Source of the DNA: Dehalococcoidia bacterium | GTDB taxonomy: Bacteria > Chloroflexota > Dehalococcoidia > Lucifugimonadales > UBA3495 | Direction: 5' to 3' | DNA length: 64,000 nt | Assembly (NCBI GenBank): GCA_965208825.1 | Contig: CBDBPP010000002.1 | Coordinates: 229,854-293,853 of the forward strand | The notes under the pieces: model-generated | The model's input: only the letters and a program-made list of their open reading frames with translations | Told to the model about the DNA's origin: nothing | Database searches by the model: none | Shown: one piece after another, positions 28,461-37,467 of the stretch | Layout of the letters: each line of letters starts with the position of its first letter | How positions within the stretch are numbered: position 1 is the stretch's first letter | Translations under genes and position numbers: made by a program

Positions 28461-29159
28461 ATGATCACCGTCGTCGCCGTAGGACCCGGCAACCCGGACA
28501 TGCTGACGTTGCAGGCTCGTCAGGTATTGCGGGAGGCCGATATCGTCCTGGGGTTTAACACGGTGCTTAACGTGGTACGCCCCTGGCTGGAGGCCGCCGA
28601 GGTCTGCCCAATGACCTACCGCGACCAGGAGCAGGTGCTGGAGTACGCCGAGGGTCAGGCCAGGGTGGGCAGGAAATGCGTGGTCTGCTGCTGGGGCGAC
28701 CTGAACGTCTCCGCCCGTGAGTTGCTGGAGCGCGTCCGCCGCCGCGCCGACAGTGTGGCCCTGGTGCCCGGCATCAGCTCGGTCCAGGTCGCCCTGGCCA
28801 GGACCGGCATCTCCTTGGAAGACTCAGTGTTCATCACCCTGCACAAGCGGGCTGATTCCGCCAGTGAACTGGAAGAGTTGGTGCATTACGTGAACGAGGG
28901 TCGCAGGCACGTGGTCCTGCTCCCCCGTCCCTTCGATTTGATGCCCGCCTCCATCGCCTCTGGGCTGCTGGAACAGTGCGGACGCGATGACCTACCCGTC
29001 CGGGTCTATCAGCGCCTCACCTTCGATGACGAACAGCGCTGGGCCGGAACGCTGAAGGAGTGCAGCCAGGTCTCTGAAGATTTCAGCGACCTGTCCATCA
29101 TGGTCTTTCTCAGCGGCAGCACCCCCGTGCAGTTTCCGCTCTCATCGGAGGAGGGCTAG
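28461..29159 (+). CDS. cbiE: tetrapyrrole methylase, CbiE-like (precorrin-6Y / cobalt-precorrin-7 C5-methyltransferase)
   Basis: MITVVAVGPGNPDMLTLQA N-terminus and VPGISSVQVALAR. First gene after the riboswitch. Confidence 0.7.
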   Translation: MITVVAVGPGNPDMLTLQARQVLREADIVLGFNTVLNVVRPWLEAAEVCPMTYRDQEQVLEYAEGQARVGRKCVVCCWGDLNVSARELLERVRRRADSVALVPGISSVQVALARTGISLEDSVFITLHKRADSASELEELVHYVNEGRRHVVLLPRPFDLMPASIASGLLEQCGRDDLPVRVYQRLTFDDEQRWAGTLKECSQVSEDFSDLSIMVFLSGSTPVQFPLSSEEG

Positions 29160-29188
29160 CCTGGGGGCCTCCCCACACAGGCCGCGTT

Positions 29189-32100
29189 ATGCAGCAACAG
29201 AAATCCATCCTGTTCATAACCACCGCCGACACGGACATCCTGACGGCGGATAGGGCCTTGGCGTCCTTGCCCGAAGGCATCCCGGGGGTTGTCGGTCTGA
29301 ACCCTACGACCCTGGGCAAGTCAGCCGGCGATGGCAACGGCCACCCGGCCGATGACATCCTGTCCCATGCCGCCAACGCCGGCGTTGTGGTGCTCCGGCT
29401 CCTGGGCGGAAAGCGCGCCATGGCCGATGGCTTCGACCCGTTGGTCCGCCACTGCCGCAGCCAGGGCATTCCGCTCATCGCCTGCCCCGGCCACCAGGAG
29501 TGGGATGAGGACCTGGTCACCGCCTGCACCGCCCCCGTCGCCGAGGTTGAGACCGTATTCGCCTACCTTATGCAGGGCGGCGTCCAGAATTTCCAGAACC
29601 TGTTCCTGTTCCTGAGCGACACCTACTTCGGAACCGATCACGGCCACGAGGCCCCCGCGCCCCTGCCGTGGGAGGGCGTATACCATCCCGACGTCGCCGA
29701 TGGTACCGATGTCCAGTCCTACGTCGCCCAGCGTTTCCTGCCCGGTCGCCCCTCCATCGGTATCCTGTTCTACCGCGCCCATTGGATGAGCGGCAACCTG
29801 CTGCCCATTGACGCCCTCGTTCGAAGCCTGGAGGCCAAGGGAGCCAACGTGCTGCCGGTCTACGCCTTCAGCCTGAAGCACAGCCCGGAGGATGACGGGA
29901 AGCGTCCCGGAGGAGCTGGAGCGGAGCGCCCGCCAGTAGGCAACCGCGCCTTCACCGAGTACCTGGTGGCTCCCGACGGTACTCCCCGCATCCAGTGCAT
30001 CGTCAACACCATGGGCATGTCCATGGGTGAGCTGAGCCAGGAGGGACCGGCCATCGCCACCGGCTGGTCGGTGGACTACCTAGAATCCCTCAACGTCCCC
30101 ATGCTGCAGGCCATCATCAGCACCGGCAACCAGCAGGAGTGGCTGGACAGCGAACTTGGCCTGGGCCCCATCGACACCGCCATGAGCGTGGCCCTGCCCG
30201 AGTTCGACGGCCGCCTGATCACCGTGCCCATTTCCTTCAAGGAGGAGGTCAACGCCGGCCCCGTGCCTCCTGAGCGCGTCGAAGGACGGGGGCCGGCGAA
30301 CAGCGGGCTGTCCGGTAGCCTTCAGCGCTATGTCCCTCGCCAGGACCGCATCGAGTTGGTAGCCCGGCTGGCCATCAAGCAGGCCAACCTGGCGCTGAAG
30401 CCTAATTCGGAAAAGAAAATCGCCGTCATCCTCAGCAATTACCCTACCAAGGACGCCCGTATCGGCAATGCCGTCGGCCTCGACACCCCGGCCTCCGCCG
30501 TGCTGGTGTTCAACGCCCTCAAGGACGCGGGATACAAGGTCACCGACATACCGGAGACCGGCGACGAACTGGTCCATCGCATTATCGAGCGGTGCAGTAA
30601 CGACCGGGACTCCCTGACCGAGGATCAGTTGCGTCTCGCCGCCGGGCACGTCCCGTCCGCTCTGTATCGCGACTGGTTCGCTACCTTCCCTGACGACGTT
30701 ACCGGGGAACTGTCCCGCGACTGGGGCGAGCCGCCCGGGCGGGTGTACCGCACTACCGCGGAGGGCCTGCGGGGCGCCCCCGCCAACGGCGCGGATGGCC
30801 TGGCCATCGCCGGCATCGACCTCGGCAACGTGTTCGTGGGCTTGCAGCCCCCGCGCGGGTTCGGAGAGAACCCCATCGCCATCTACCACAGCCCAGACCT
30901 GGCTCCCACCCATCACTACATCGCCTATTACCGCTGGGTGCGTGACGTCTTCGGCGCCGACGCCATCCTGCATCTCGGGAAGCACGGTACCCTGGAATGG
31001 CTGCCCGGCAAGGGTATCGGCCTCTCCCCTTCCTGCTACCCCGAGGTGGCCATGGACGATGTGCCGCTCTTCTACCCGTTCATCATCAACGACCCCGGCG
31101 AAGGCTCCCAGGCCAAGCGCCGCGCTCACGCCACCATCGTCGACCACATGATTCCGTCCATGACCACCGCCGACAGCTACGGCGACATCGCACGGATCGA
31201 GCAGTTGATGGACGAGCATTATCAATGCCAGACCCTCGACCCGGCCAAGCTGCCCCTGCTAGAGACCCAGATTTGGGAGATGGTGCAGCAGGCGGAACTC
31301 CACCGCGACCTAGGCATCGACTCCCAGCCTGAAGACTTCGGCGAGTTCATTCTCGAGATCGACGGCTACCTATGCGAGCTCAAGGACGCCCAGATCAAGG
31401 ACGGCCTGCACATCCTCGGCGACACCCCCCAGGGCGAGCAGCTCATTGGCCTGCTCTGCGCCCTCACCCGTCTCGACATCAGCGGCGTTCCCAGTTTGCG
31501 ACGTTCCGTGTCGGAGGCGCTGGGCTTCGACTATGCCAGGCTGACCGAAGACCTTGGCGAAGCCCCCACAGTTCCCTCTCCCCCAGCGGGAGGGTTAGGA
31601 TGGGGACGTATCCAGGCCCTCGACGAGGACACTCCCGTCCGCACCAATGGCGACGTGCTCGAACGTGTCGAGTTGCTCTGCCGCCGGTTGTACCGCGAAA
31701 TGCTCGAACACGGCTTCCGCTCCGCCGACGCCCCCTCTGCCGTGGCCCGCGTGCTGGGCTCGCCGGACGCCCGGACAAGTTCCGTGCTGGAGTACGTTGC
31801 GGACACGGTCTACCCGGCCCTCATGCGTACCCCCGACGAGATTGGCAACCTGCTTCGCGGACTCGAGGGAAAATACGTCCCCGCCGGACCCAGCGGTGCG
31901 CCAACCCGCGGCATGGCCAACATCCTGCCCACCGGCCGCAACTTCTACTCGGTGGACCCGAAGTCCATCCCCTCGCCCGCCGCCTGGGAAACCGGTAAGC
32001 AGCTGGCCGATTCTCTGTTGGACAAGTATCTCCGGGAAGAGGGTGCCTACCCGGAGATGGTCGGCCTCGTCGTCTGGGGCAGCTCCGCCATGCGCACCCA

Positions 32101-33190
32101 CGGCGACGACATCGCCCAGATCCTCCACCTCCTCGGCGTCCGGCCCACGTGGCAGGCCGAGAGCCGCCGGGTGCTGGGACTGGAGGTCATCCCGCTGGAG
32201 GAACTCGGCAGGCCCCGCATCGACGTGACCATCCGCATCAGCGGCTTCTTCCGCGACGCCTTCCCTAACCTGATCGCCCTGCTCGACCAGGCCGTGGAGC
32301 TGGTGGCCTCGCTGGACGAGTCGGCCGAGAACAACTACATCGTAAAGCACCTGCGTGAAGACCTGGCTGACACCGCAAATCGTCATTCCAGCGAAAGCGG
32401 GAATGCGGGGGACGGGGAGAGCATCGCCGACCGGTCTTCCTCCCTCTACCGCATCTTCGGCAGCAAGCCCGGTACCTACGGCGCGGGCATCCTGCCGGTG
32501 CTGGACGAGCGCAACTGGGAAACGGTCCAGGACCTTGCCGAGGTCTACACCGCCTGGGGCGGCTACGCCTACACCCGGCAGGAACACGGCGTGAACGCCC
32601 GCCCGCAGTTCCGCCGCCGGTTCGGCCAGATCGTGGTCGCCGCCAAGAACCAGGACACCCGCGAGCACGACATTTTCGACAGCGATGACTACATGCAGTA
32701 CCACGGCGGTATGATTGCCACCGTGCGGGCGCTGAGCGGGCGCAGCCCCCGACAGTTCTTCGGCGACAGCTCCGATCCCTCCCGGGCCCGTAACCGGGAC
32801 CTCCAGGACGAGGCGAGGCGGGTATTCCGCAGCCGCGTGGTCAATCCCAAGTGGATTGACTCCATGAAACGCCATGGCTATAAGGGCGCTTTCGAGCTGG
32901 CCGCGACCGTGGACTACATGTTCGGCTATGACGCCACCGCTCAGGTCATCGACGACTGGATGTACGAGGACGTGACCGAGAGCTACGTCCTTGACCCGGA
33001 GACCCAGCAGTTCTTTCAGCAGAGCAACCCATGGGCCCTGAGGGGCATTGTGGAACGGCTGCTGGAAGCCATCGAGCGGGGTCTGTGGCAGGACCCGCCG
33101 CCCGAAATTCGCGAGAAACTGCAGCAACTGTACCTTGATCTGGAAGCCGACCTGGAAGCCCGCCAGGAGGTCCCTGCAGGTCGGCAATAG
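29189..33190 (+). CDS. cobN: cobaltochelatase subunit CobN
   Basis: 1333 aa, with the CobN/ChlH hallmark LHLGKHGTLEWLPGKG. B12-riboswitch context with cbtAB and a ChlI/D partner. Confidence 0.92.
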   Translation: MQQQKSILFITTADTDILTADRALASLPEGIPGVVGLNPTTLGKSAGDGNGHPADDILSHAANAGVVVLRLLGGKRAMADGFDPLVRHCRSQGIPLIACPGHQEWDEDLVTACTAPVAEVETVFAYLMQGGVQNFQNLFLFLSDTYFGTDHGHEAPAPLPWEGVYHPDVADGTDVQSYVAQRFLPGRPSIGILFYRAHWMSGNLLPIDALVRSLEAKGANVLPVYAFSLKHSPEDDGKRPGGAGAERPPVGNRAFTEYLVAPDGTPRIQCIVNTMGMSMGELSQEGPAIATGWSVDYLESLNVPMLQAIISTGNQQEWLDSELGLGPIDTAMSVALPEFDGRLITVPISFKEEVNAGPVPPERVEGRGPANSGLSGSLQRYVPRQDRIELVARLAIKQANLALKPNSEKKIAVILSNYPTKDARIGNAVGLDTPASAVLVFNALKDAGYKVTDIPETGDELVHRIIERCSNDRDSLTEDQLRLAAGHVPSALYRDWFATFPDDVTGELSRDWGEPPGRVYRTTAEGLRGAPANGADGLAIAGIDLGNVFVGLQPPRGFGENPIAIYHSPDLAPTHHYIAYYRWVRDVFGADAILHLGKHGTLEWLPGKGIGLSPSCYPEVAMDDVPLFYPFIINDPGEGSQAKRRAHATIVDHMIPSMTTADSYGDIARIEQLMDEHYQCQTLDPAKLPLLETQIWEMVQQAELHRDLGIDSQPEDFGEFILEIDGYLCELKDAQIKDGLHILGDTPQGEQLIGLLCALTRLDISGVPSLRRSVSEALGFDYARLTEDLGEAPTVPSPPAGGLGWGRIQALDEDTPVRTNGDVLERVELLCRRLYREMLEHGFRSADAPSAVARVLGSPDARTSSVLEYVADTVYPALMRTPDEIGNLLRGLEGKYVPAGPSGAPTRGMANILPTGRNFYSVDPKSIPSPAAWETGKQLADSLLDKYLREEGAYPEMVGLVVWGSSAMRTHGDDIAQILHLLGVRPTWQAESRRVLGLEVIPLEELGRPRIDVTIRISGFFRDAFPNLIALLDQAVELVASLDESAENNYIVKHLREDLADTANRHSSESGNAGDGESIADRSSSLYRIFGSKPGTYGAGILPVLDERNWETVQDLAEVYTAWGGYAYTRQEHGVNARPQFRRRFGQIVVAAKNQDTREHDIFDSDDYMQYHGGMIATVRALSGRSPRQFFGDSSDPSRARNRDLQDEARRVFRSRVVNPKWIDSMKRHGYKGAFELAATVDYMFGYDATAQVIDDWMYEDVTESYVLDPETQQFFQQSNPWALRGIVERLLEAIERGLWQDPPPEIREKLQQLYLDLEADLEARQEVPAGRQ
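31574..31606. repeat. family B hairpin repeat embedded in-frame in cobN
   Basis: CCCTCTCCCCCAGCGGGAGGGTTAGGATGGGGA resembles the intergenic copies CCCTCTC(CC)TTGAGGGAGAGGGTTAGGGTGA at 47211 and 50833. It is translated as PSPPAGGLGWG. Confidence 0.7.
32381..32406. repeat. family A hairpin repeat embedded in-frame in cobN
   Basis: CGTCATTCCAGCGAAAGCGGGAATGC differs by one base from the intergenic unit. It is translated as RHSSESGNA. Confidence 0.75.
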
Positions 33191-33200
33191 TCGGCAGAAT

Positions 33201-33233
33201 CCCCTTCCCTCCGGGGAAGGCTTGAGGTGGGGA
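33201..33233. repeat. family B-like hairpin just after the cobN stop
   Basis: CCCCTTCCCTCCGGGGAAGGCTTGAGGTGGGGA. Confidence 0.55.
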
Positions 33234-33269
33234 CGGTCCCTGCCAAGGAGCCCGAAATTGGAAATAGCG

Positions 33270-33722
33270 ATGGAACTGATCGAGGTGCTCACCGGCGGCG
33301 AGTCCATGATGTGGGTTGTCGGCGGCGGACCTGTGGTCAGCGAAAACAACTCAAAGGGCATCCAGAAACCGGAACGTCACAACAACTCGGTTACCGTCGA
33401 GGCGGAAAACTGGCACTTCCACCTTTCCCTCGATGACGTCGCCGGCATCCAGTTCGTCGAGACCAAGACCCACGGTGAGCGGCTAAGCTACTACGTCCGT
33501 TTCTCCGGCCATGAGGAACAGACGCTCCTGCGCAGCTACTTCCCCAACCCCTTCCTTGACGAGAACTACAAACCTACGCCTCTCCAGGAGGACCGGTTGA
33601 AAGTTTTCACCGACATGCGCGACAGATACGTGGGCAGGGAAGGCATTGTCTTCGTGCACTACGTCCCGCCATCCGCAGCGCCGGCCGTACCGGGCTCGGA
33701 AGGCGCCGCCCCTGGCAGTTAA
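33270..33722 (+). CDS. hypothetical protein in the cobN-cbtAB operon
   Basis: Coherent 150-aa ORF (MELIEVLTGG...WHFHLSLDDVAGIQFVETKTHGERLSYYVRFSG...) between cobN and cbtB. I recognise no family with confidence. The track ORF start 33048 overlaps cobN and a repeat. Confidence 0.55.
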   Translation: MELIEVLTGGESMMWVVGGGPVVSENNSKGIQKPERHNNSVTVEAENWHFHLSLDDVAGIQFVETKTHGERLSYYVRFSGHEEQTLLRSYFPNPFLDENYKPTPLQEDRLKVFTDMRDRYVGREGIVFVHYVPPSAAPAVPGSEGAAPGS

Positions 33723-33757
33723 ATCTCAATTCACCAACCTGGGTAAAGGAGGATCAT

Positions 33758-33964
33758 ATGGCAAGTATTTTCGCGGGTACCATCGGTCAGGCTAGTCTGT
33801 TCCGGCTTCTACCATGGTTTTTCCTGGCCATCGTCGTACTGTACTTCGTCGGCTACGTGGACGGCTCCGTGCATACGGCGGCCTTCGGCGGCAGCAGCGC
33901 CGTCCTCGGCGCAACCCACGAGTTCTTCCACCACGCCCGCCACGTCGCCCTTATGTGCCACTAG
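33758..33964 (+). CDS. cbtB: cobalt transporter subunit CbtB
   Basis: 68 aa with one TM helix and the His-rich tail HEFFHHARHVALMCH. Strong SD AAAGGAGGA. Confidence 0.8.
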   Translation: MASIFAGTIGQASLFRLLPWFFLAIVVLYFVGYVDGSVHTAAFGGSSAVLGATHEFFHHARHVALMCH

Positions 33965-34133
33965 AACGGCCTGGCTAGCGCCAGACCCTTACCGTCTGGT
34001 CCGGGGAAGGTTGGACCCTTCCCCCGCTGGTGCGGCGGGCATTTCACAAAGGGGACCACATCCGGTTGCTACCTCTTAACTTTTAGGCGGGTAGCCGCAT
34101 GAGAACGGCTACGGAAATGAATGGAGGGTGCAG

Positions 34134-34910
34134 ATGAAACGGCTTCTCGTTACCTCGGTGATTGTGGGTATTATCGCCGGCCTTCTTGTTGGTGGGTTCT
34201 ATAACCTGTTCCAGGTGCCAGTGATGGAACGGGCCATTGCCCTTGAGGAGGAGCGTTCCGCCTCGGTTACTCCGGCCGGCGCTGAGGAGGAAGAGGAAGA
34301 GGGCATCCCCATCTCCCTCGGCATTCAGCGCATCGGTATGGTCATTGCCATGGGCATCTACGGCGCCATCCTCGCGCTGTTCTTCTCCGTCGGCTTCGTC
34401 CTGCTTCACCGCGTTGCCCCCGATTGGCCTGTGGTCTGGGTGGCCCTGGCCGTCGGGGCCCTGGGTTTCTGGAGCCTCTCTCTGTTCCCGTTCATCAAGT
34501 TCCCTCTCAACCCGCCCGGAGTCGGCGATGAGGCGACTCTCCTTTCCCGCCAGCTCGGGCAGACCCTGTTCATGCTTATTTCCGCCGTCGCCGTTGGCGT
34601 TGCCCTCGAAGCCGTCCGCCGCATCAACCAGAACATTGCGGAACTCGCCTCCCGTCGCTTGTGGTACGCCGGAGTGCTGGGCATCTATGCCGCCCTGGCA
34701 CTGATCATAGTGTTCGCTATCCCCGGAAACCCCGACCCCGTGCCCGTTCCCATCGACCTGTTGGAGCTGTTCCGCGCCCTTACCATGGTCGGCCAGTTCC
34801 TGTTGTGGACCCTTCTGGCGGTCGGCGTAACCCTGGCGCTGCTGTGGCATCAGCGCACCGAGGCATCTCGCGCCGGCGTGCCCTCGACCGCCGCTGGCTA
34901 TGCTCAGTGA
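34134..34910 (+). CDS. cbtA: cobalt transporter subunit CbtA
   Basis: Polytopic membrane protein immediately after cbtB. ATG 34134 lies 6 nt after GGAGGG. The track start is GTG 34128. Confidence 0.75.
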   Translation: MKRLLVTSVIVGIIAGLLVGGFYNLFQVPVMERAIALEEERSASVTPAGAEEEEEEGIPISLGIQRIGMVIAMGIYGAILALFFSVGFVLLHRVAPDWPVVWVALAVGALGFWSLSLFPFIKFPLNPPGVGDEATLLSRQLGQTLFMLISAVAVGVALEAVRRINQNIAELASRRLWYAGVLGIYAALALIIVFAIPGNPDPVPVPIDLLELFRALTMVGQFLLWTLLAVGVTLALLWHQRTEASRAGVPSTAAGYAQ

Positions 34911-34940
34911 TCCTTCTCAGCCAATCCGAGGGGAAAGCGC

Positions 34941-37103
34941 ATGACCGCTAGCCCGACGCAGGAACGCCGGGAGCCGCGTTTTCCCTTCACCGCCATCGTC
35001 GGGCAGACGGCGATGAAACGGGCTCTGGTGCTCAACGCCGTCAACACCCGCATCGGCGGCGTGCTAATCCGCGGCAAGAAGGGCACCGCCAAGTCCACCG
35101 CCGTGCGCTCCCTGGCTGCCCTGCTGCCGGAGGTCTCTGTCGTTCGTGGCTGCCCCTACAGTTGCCACCCCGACAATCCCCAGCCGCTCTGCGCTCACGG
35201 AAAAGAGACCTCGCCCGTAACCCGCCAGGTGCGCATCGTGGACCTCCCCGTGGGGGCGACCGAAGACCGGCTGGTCGGCTCCCTGGACATCGAGCAGGCC
35301 ATCCGCACCGGCAGCCGCAGCTTCGAGCCCGGCCTCATCGCCGCCACCCACCGGGGCATCCTGTACGTGGACGAGGTCAACCTGCTCAACGACCACCTGG
35401 TCGACGTGCTCCTGGACGCCGCCGCCATGGGCCGCAACTACGTGGAGCGCGAGGGCATCTCCGTCAGCCACGCCGCCGAGTTCATCCTGGTCGGCACCAT
35501 GAATCCAGAGGAGGGCGACCTGCGACCCCAGCTCCTCGACCGATTCGGTCTGGCCGTGGAGGTCGACAGCGCCTTTACCCCCGAGGAGCGGCGGGAGGTC
35601 GTTAGGCGCCGCATCGAGTATGAGGCCGACCCCTTCGCGTTCATGGACGTCTGGCAGGAGTCCGAGGCCGCCGAGCGGGAGCGCATCCTCCGCAGCCAGC
35701 AGCTTCTCGACCAGGTCACCGTGGGCGACGAAATCCTGGAACTCATCACCGGCATCTGCGCCGAGTACCAGGTCGACGGCCTGCGCGCCGACATCGTGAT
35801 GTACAAGACCGCCGGCACCATCGCCGCCTACGAGGGCCGCGACCATGTCATCGCCGACGATGTCCGCGAAGCCGCCGAGATGGCCCTGTTGCACCGCCAG
35901 CGCCGCCAGCCCTTCCAGCAGCCCCACCTGGTCACGGAACAGCTCGACTCCATGATCGACGAGTTCCAGAACCGCCCCCAGGATCGTGAACCCCAGGACC
36001 GCGAGCACTCGCAGTCCGACGAGCAGGACGACTCGGACCCCGACTCACCTGACCCGGACCCGTCTGACCCGGAAGAGCAGTCCCCTGACTCGCCCGGCGA
36101 CGCCGGCCCCCAGGACCAGTATTTCGAGGTCGGCAACCCATTCTCCGTTCGTTCCCTTCAGGTCCAGCCGCCCGATAGCCGTGCCCGGCCCTCCGGCGGC
36201 CGCCGCGCCCGCACCGTCAGCGGCTCACCCTCCGGGCGATACGTCGGCGCCGCCGTGCCCCGGGATGAGGCCACCGACCTGGCCCTGGACGCCACCCTGC
36301 GTGCTGCCGCACCCTACCAGCGGCAGCGTCGCGACTCCCTCTTACACGGCCCCGAGGTCGACGACGCTCCCGCGTTCCTGATCGAACCCTGGGACGTACG
36401 CGAAAAGGTGCGCGAGACCAAGACCGGCAGCCTGGTCCTCTTCGTGGTCGACGCCAGTGGCTCCATGGGTGCCCAACGCCGCATGGTCGCCGTCAAGGGC
36501 GCCATCCTCTCCCTGCTGCTCGATGCCTACCAGCGCCGCGACCGGGTTGGGCTCATCGCCTTCCGAGGGACCGGAGCGCAGGTCCTGCTGCCCCCCACCT
36601 CCAGCGTCGACCTGGCCCACGCCATGCTGCAGGAGATGCCCACCGGGGGCCGCACGCCCCTCAGCCGGGGGCTGCTGCTGGCCATGGAAGTTATCGATGC
36701 GGAGCGCCAGAAAGACCGCAACGTCCTGCCGCTGCTCGTGGTGCTGTCCGACGGCCGCGCCAACGTCGCCATGGGGGATTCCGCTGGTCCTGCGGATACT
36801 CCCCTTCATCCTGAGCCTGTCGAAGGACGCACCAGCCTCCCCCTCGCCGAGGCCCGTGCCATCGCCGCGGCCATCGGGGAGCAACACATCTCCTCCGTCG
36901 TTGTCGACACCGAGACCGACTTCCTGCGCCTCGGGCTGGCAAAGACCATTGCCGAGGCCATGGGCGCTCCCTGCATCAAGCTGGAGGAACTGCACGCCGA
37001 CGGTCTCGCCGACGCGGTGCGGATGCAGCTACCAGACTCGGATTCGTCGCTCCTCTCTCCAGACGAGATCCAGGACCTGCTGCAGCGCATCCGGCTGCCT
37101 TAG
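34941..37103 (+). CDS. fused ChlI/ChlD-type AAA+ / vWA chelatase subunit
   Basis: N-terminal AAA+ domain (GKKGTAKST, LYVDEVNLL), an acidic Pro-rich linker and a C-terminal vWA domain with MIDAS VVDASGSMG. Probable ATPase partner for CobN. Confidence 0.88.
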   Translation: MTASPTQERREPRFPFTAIVGQTAMKRALVLNAVNTRIGGVLIRGKKGTAKSTAVRSLAALLPEVSVVRGCPYSCHPDNPQPLCAHGKETSPVTRQVRIVDLPVGATEDRLVGSLDIEQAIRTGSRSFEPGLIAATHRGILYVDEVNLLNDHLVDVLLDAAAMGRNYVEREGISVSHAAEFILVGTMNPEEGDLRPQLLDRFGLAVEVDSAFTPEERREVVRRRIEYEADPFAFMDVWQESEAAERERILRSQQLLDQVTVGDEILELITGICAEYQVDGLRADIVMYKTAGTIAAYEGRDHVIADDVREAAEMALLHRQRRQPFQQPHLVTEQLDSMIDEFQNRPQDREPQDREHSQSDEQDDSDPDSPDPDPSDPEEQSPDSPGDAGPQDQYFEVGNPFSVRSLQVQPPDSRARPSGGRRARTVSGSPSGRYVGAAVPRDEATDLALDATLRAAAPYQRQRRDSLLHGPEVDDAPAFLIEPWDVREKVRETKTGSLVLFVVDASGSMGAQRRMVAVKGAILSLLLDAYQRRDRVGLIAFRGTGAQVLLPPTSSVDLAHAMLQEMPTGGRTPLSRGLLLAMEVIDAERQKDRNVLPLLVVLSDGRANVAMGDSAGPADTPLHPEPVEGRTSLPLAEARAIAAAIGEQHISSVVVDTETDFLRLGLAKTIAEAMGAPCIKLEELHADGLADAVRMQLPDSDSSLLSPDEIQDLLQRIRLP

Positions 37104-37116
37104 TACCAGAAACTAG

Positions 37117-37190
37117 TGGCTGCCCCGCCTGGGCTCGAACCAGGGATTTCAGCTCCAAAGGCTGACGTGCTACCGCTACACCACGGGGCA
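37117..37190 (-). tRNA. tRNA-Gln (anticodon UUG)
   Basis: Minus strand reads TGCCCCGTGGTGTAGCGGTAGCACGTCAGCCTTTGGAGCTGAAATCCCTGGTTCGAGCCCAGGCGGGGCAGCCA. It has a 7-bp acceptor stem with U1-A72, anticodon stem TCAGC/GCTGA, loop CTTTGGA, a T-arm GGTTCGAGCC and an encoded CCA. Confidence 0.9.
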
Positions 37191-37467
37191 TTATCTTGCG
37201 GAATCGTCGGCACACCAACCCTCCGCTATTCCAATTGTCCCGCCCGTCGTATTCTCCGTCAAGGGGCTCCCATTGACGCTGAGATGATCAACCCCATTGT
37301 GCAGGGGCACGCAGCCGTCCCGCCTTCTCCTGACATCGTACCCGGCCAACTGATGGTACGGCCCGCCGGTACGGGCGCCACCCTCCGTGGGCGTTCCCGC
37401 CCGGTGATATAATCGGCGGAGCACCTCAGCGGGCATCGGGCCACACCACGACGCCCCGGAGTTCTCC

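Noticed and set aside
30080-33361. Long antisense ORFs inside cobN (30080-31225-, 31595-33361-), plus 31372-31998+ and 31647-32228+.
   Set aside because: cobN is continuous for 1333 codons with hallmark motifs. The alternatives are compositionally biased and overlap it entirely.
37116-37412. 98-aa ORF starting MAAPPGLEPGISAPKADVLPLHHG.
   Set aside because: It reads through the complement of tRNA-Gln, which is a classic artefact.
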